A DNA stretch of 63,384 nucleotides, counting the filler, from Hyphochytrium catenoides (Eukaryota; Protista; Hyphochytriomycota), in the NCBI GenBank assembly GCA_900088475.1. It is 8 parts of 8 records of this genome, joined end to end, with 100 filler letters (N's around TTAATTAATTAA, not from the genome) between each part and the next. Parts side by side here need not be neighbours in the genome. Positions count along the whole stretch, not along the records: positions 60,022 to 63,384 come from FLMG01000138.1; 7 more parts are not named here. The stretch is one strand, 5' to 3'. The stretch's first letter is position 1. Each line of letters begins with the position of its first letter. Of this stretch, positions 61,524 to 63,384 are shown piece by piece. The position numbers and the translations under genes were made by a program. The notes under the pieces are model-generated. The model worked only from the letters and a program-made list of their open reading frames with translations. It had not been told where the DNA came from and searched no databases.

Positions 61524-62093
61524 GTCTCTCTGCCTCTCTCTCGCTCTCTCTCTCTCTCTCGCTCTCCCGCTTCTGAACCAATTTGGTTGGCCGCAGCTCT
61601 TGATCAGAAAAACGTAGAAAAGCGAAAGAAACGTGAAAGAATGCTTTCTCATCATTTCTAACGTTTCTTCGTTACAGATAGTTTCTAAGCCCTAACCATA
61701 AAAACAACCGAAGAAACATTCAAGTATAAGACTTGCAAACAACGTTTGATTACTACCGGTAACGGACATCTTTTTTGGTTTACGGCGCATACTACGTAAA
61801 CAACTACAACAGCGCAGAAACCTTTGGCGCCAAATCTGATCATCTTCAATCTGAAGCTCCAGAGCTTCAGATCCGCATTTCTGAAGACGCGATAAAACTT
61901 TGGTCTCTGGGTCTATGCAAGGCGCTCAATGCGGAGCGCTGCCAAATACTGCCATCCATCTGCTTGCTAGAATTTAATACAGTTCGTTCTCCTGTTGTGG
62001 GAAGACCTCTGTGAAGGCATGGCATCAGCATGTTGACGCCAACCTGACCTCTACTAGTGCTAGTTCTTTAGCTCTGCTCACGAGATATGAACC

Positions 62094-62762
62094 ATGACTG
62101 AGAGCAAAGACGAAGATCAGACGGCTCAAGGGCCTAATCTTCAGGTATCTATCTCGATCTCCTTTGCTTAGAGCTTCCATTCCGAGACCGACTCCCTATA
62201 TTGCGCAATGGCTTTATCTTGAGCTTCTGCCAATTCTGTTTTTTCTCTGAAGAACACACTCTGTCTCGTTTGTCTCGTTGTTTCTCTCTCTTCTGACACA
62301 CGCGGTCTCTCTTCCTCTCCTTTTCTCTCTCTTTTTCTCTTCTGACTCAGATCTTCTTAGTGCTAACTATCTCATCGTCTCGAGAACCTCCATCCGCTAT
62401 CCCACATTCTGCGAGCTTTCTCTGACACATTTCTGACCTCCTCTCCCTGCAGTTGAAGCACACCTTTGCAGGTCATAAGAGAGGCGTCACAAGCGTCAAG
62501 TTCTCTCCATGCGGCCGGTTGATCGCTTCTGCTTGTATGCACGCATTCTCTCTCTCTCTCTCTCTCTCACTCTCTTTCTATGTTTACCTATCCCTCTCTT
62601 ACTCTCTCTCTTCTTTCTATATCTGTCTCCCTTTCTCCTCTCATTTCTCTCTTGTCCTTTCTTTTCGCTTTGCCTTTGGCCTCTTCTTCTTGTTCTGCTG
62701 GTTTGCTCTTTGCATAGATTTGCTATTCCATTGCCCTCTCTCTCTCTGTTACACTCTTCTCC

Positions 62763-62820
<58 letters not shown>

Positions 62821-63198
62821 CCTGTTCTTCTGTTTAGTTTTCCCTTTGTGCCAGCTCTCTTCCACCCTGTGGTGTCTCGGGATCTCTTCTCTGATATCTT
62901 CTTTTCTTTATCCTTCCTCTTGTGGCTGGCTCCCTGGTGCTCCTCTATTTTGGCCTTTCGTCAATCTCTCTCTCTCTCTCTTTCTCTCTCTCATCATCAT
63001 GTCTTCTTATCTTCTGACATCCTGCGCTATCCTCTCTCTCTCTTCTGTTTTCTCTCTCTCTCTTCATTCCTCTCCTCTTTCTCTGTACATGTGCTGGTGT
63101 GTCTCTCTTATTCTCTCGTTCTCACCTTCCTGTTTCGCTACTCGCTCGGTGTTCCTCCCTCTCTACTCGCCGGGTGTCGTCACTCTCTTTCTCTCTCT

Positions 63199-63251
<53 letters not shown>

Positions 63252-63384
63252 GTCTTTGCATGTATGTAAAGCGGCGGACAGTACGGTGAAGCTCTGGTCT
63301 CTCTCTGACTCGGCTCTTGAGAGCTCTCTGGAGGGTCATGAGAGAGGAGTTTCCGACTGTTCCTGGTCCCACGACTCGCGCTGG
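62094..63384 (+). CDS. WDR5: WDR5/Swd3-like WD40 protein, 5' exons (62094-62144, 62453-62534, 63272->63384)
   Basis: PNLQ|LKHTFAGHKRGVTSVKFSPCGRLIASA|SADSTVKLW..SLEGHERGVSDCSWSHDSRW parallels WDR5 PNYALKFTLAGH..VSSVKFSP..ASSSADK..GH..GISDVAWS.DS. Confidence 0.8.

Larger units (their letters stand above)
955..63260. repeat. Pervasive (CT)n/(GA)n microsatellite, mostly intronic
   Basis: Dozens of long pure and interrupted CT/GA tracts (e.g. 960-1110, 10560-10670, 17600-17910, 38800-41150, 54740-54940, 61380-61570, 62540-63250), often next to N gaps. Confidence 0.97.

Noticed and set aside
934-63289. Hundreds of SLSLSL / RERERE ORFs in the ORF track
   Set aside because: Translations of (CT)n/(GA)n microsatellite, which lacks stop codons; they overlap introns of real genes
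27246-63384. Two COMPASS subunits (RBBP5 and WDR5) in one window suggesting a functional cluster
   Set aside because: They lie on different scaffolds separated by several artificial linkers, so co-occurrence is coincidental

Overview
Eukaryotic DNA, most likely from an intron-rich oomycete or closely related stramenopile (oomycete-type FYVE+GAF protein, oomycete-like AAAP transporter, Inr-FPR core promoters, stramenopile adhesin-like repeats). The window is not a continuous locus: it is eight unplaced scaffolds joined by seven 100-nt N44-TTAATTAATTAA-N44 linkers, so synteny across linkers is meaningless. Many introns are filled with (CT)n/(GA)n microsatellite, which generates most of the ORF track as noise. 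Recognisable genes: GH18 chitinase, a secreted kissper-GH26-DPBB chimera, CE4 polysaccharide deacetylase, AAAP amino-acid transporter, LRR protein, malate dehydrogenase, RBBP5, XRCC4-like, a PH-domain protein, two secreted hypotheticals, GDPGP1/VTC2-like, a large adhesin-like protein, FYVE-GAF, PWP2 and WDR5. Transposon relics include LINE fragments, nested LTRs and a DD39D mariner end. The most striking region is 1-13 kb. It holds two intronless secreted glycoside hydrolases with bacterial-type catalytic domains and oomycete core promoters, set among decayed ORFs that weakly resemble plant F-box genes. One of them looks like a kiwellin-style protein (plant kissper module plus double-psi beta-barrel) with a GH26 mannanase domain between the two. 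All family assignments are from motif recognition by eye; no searches were run.
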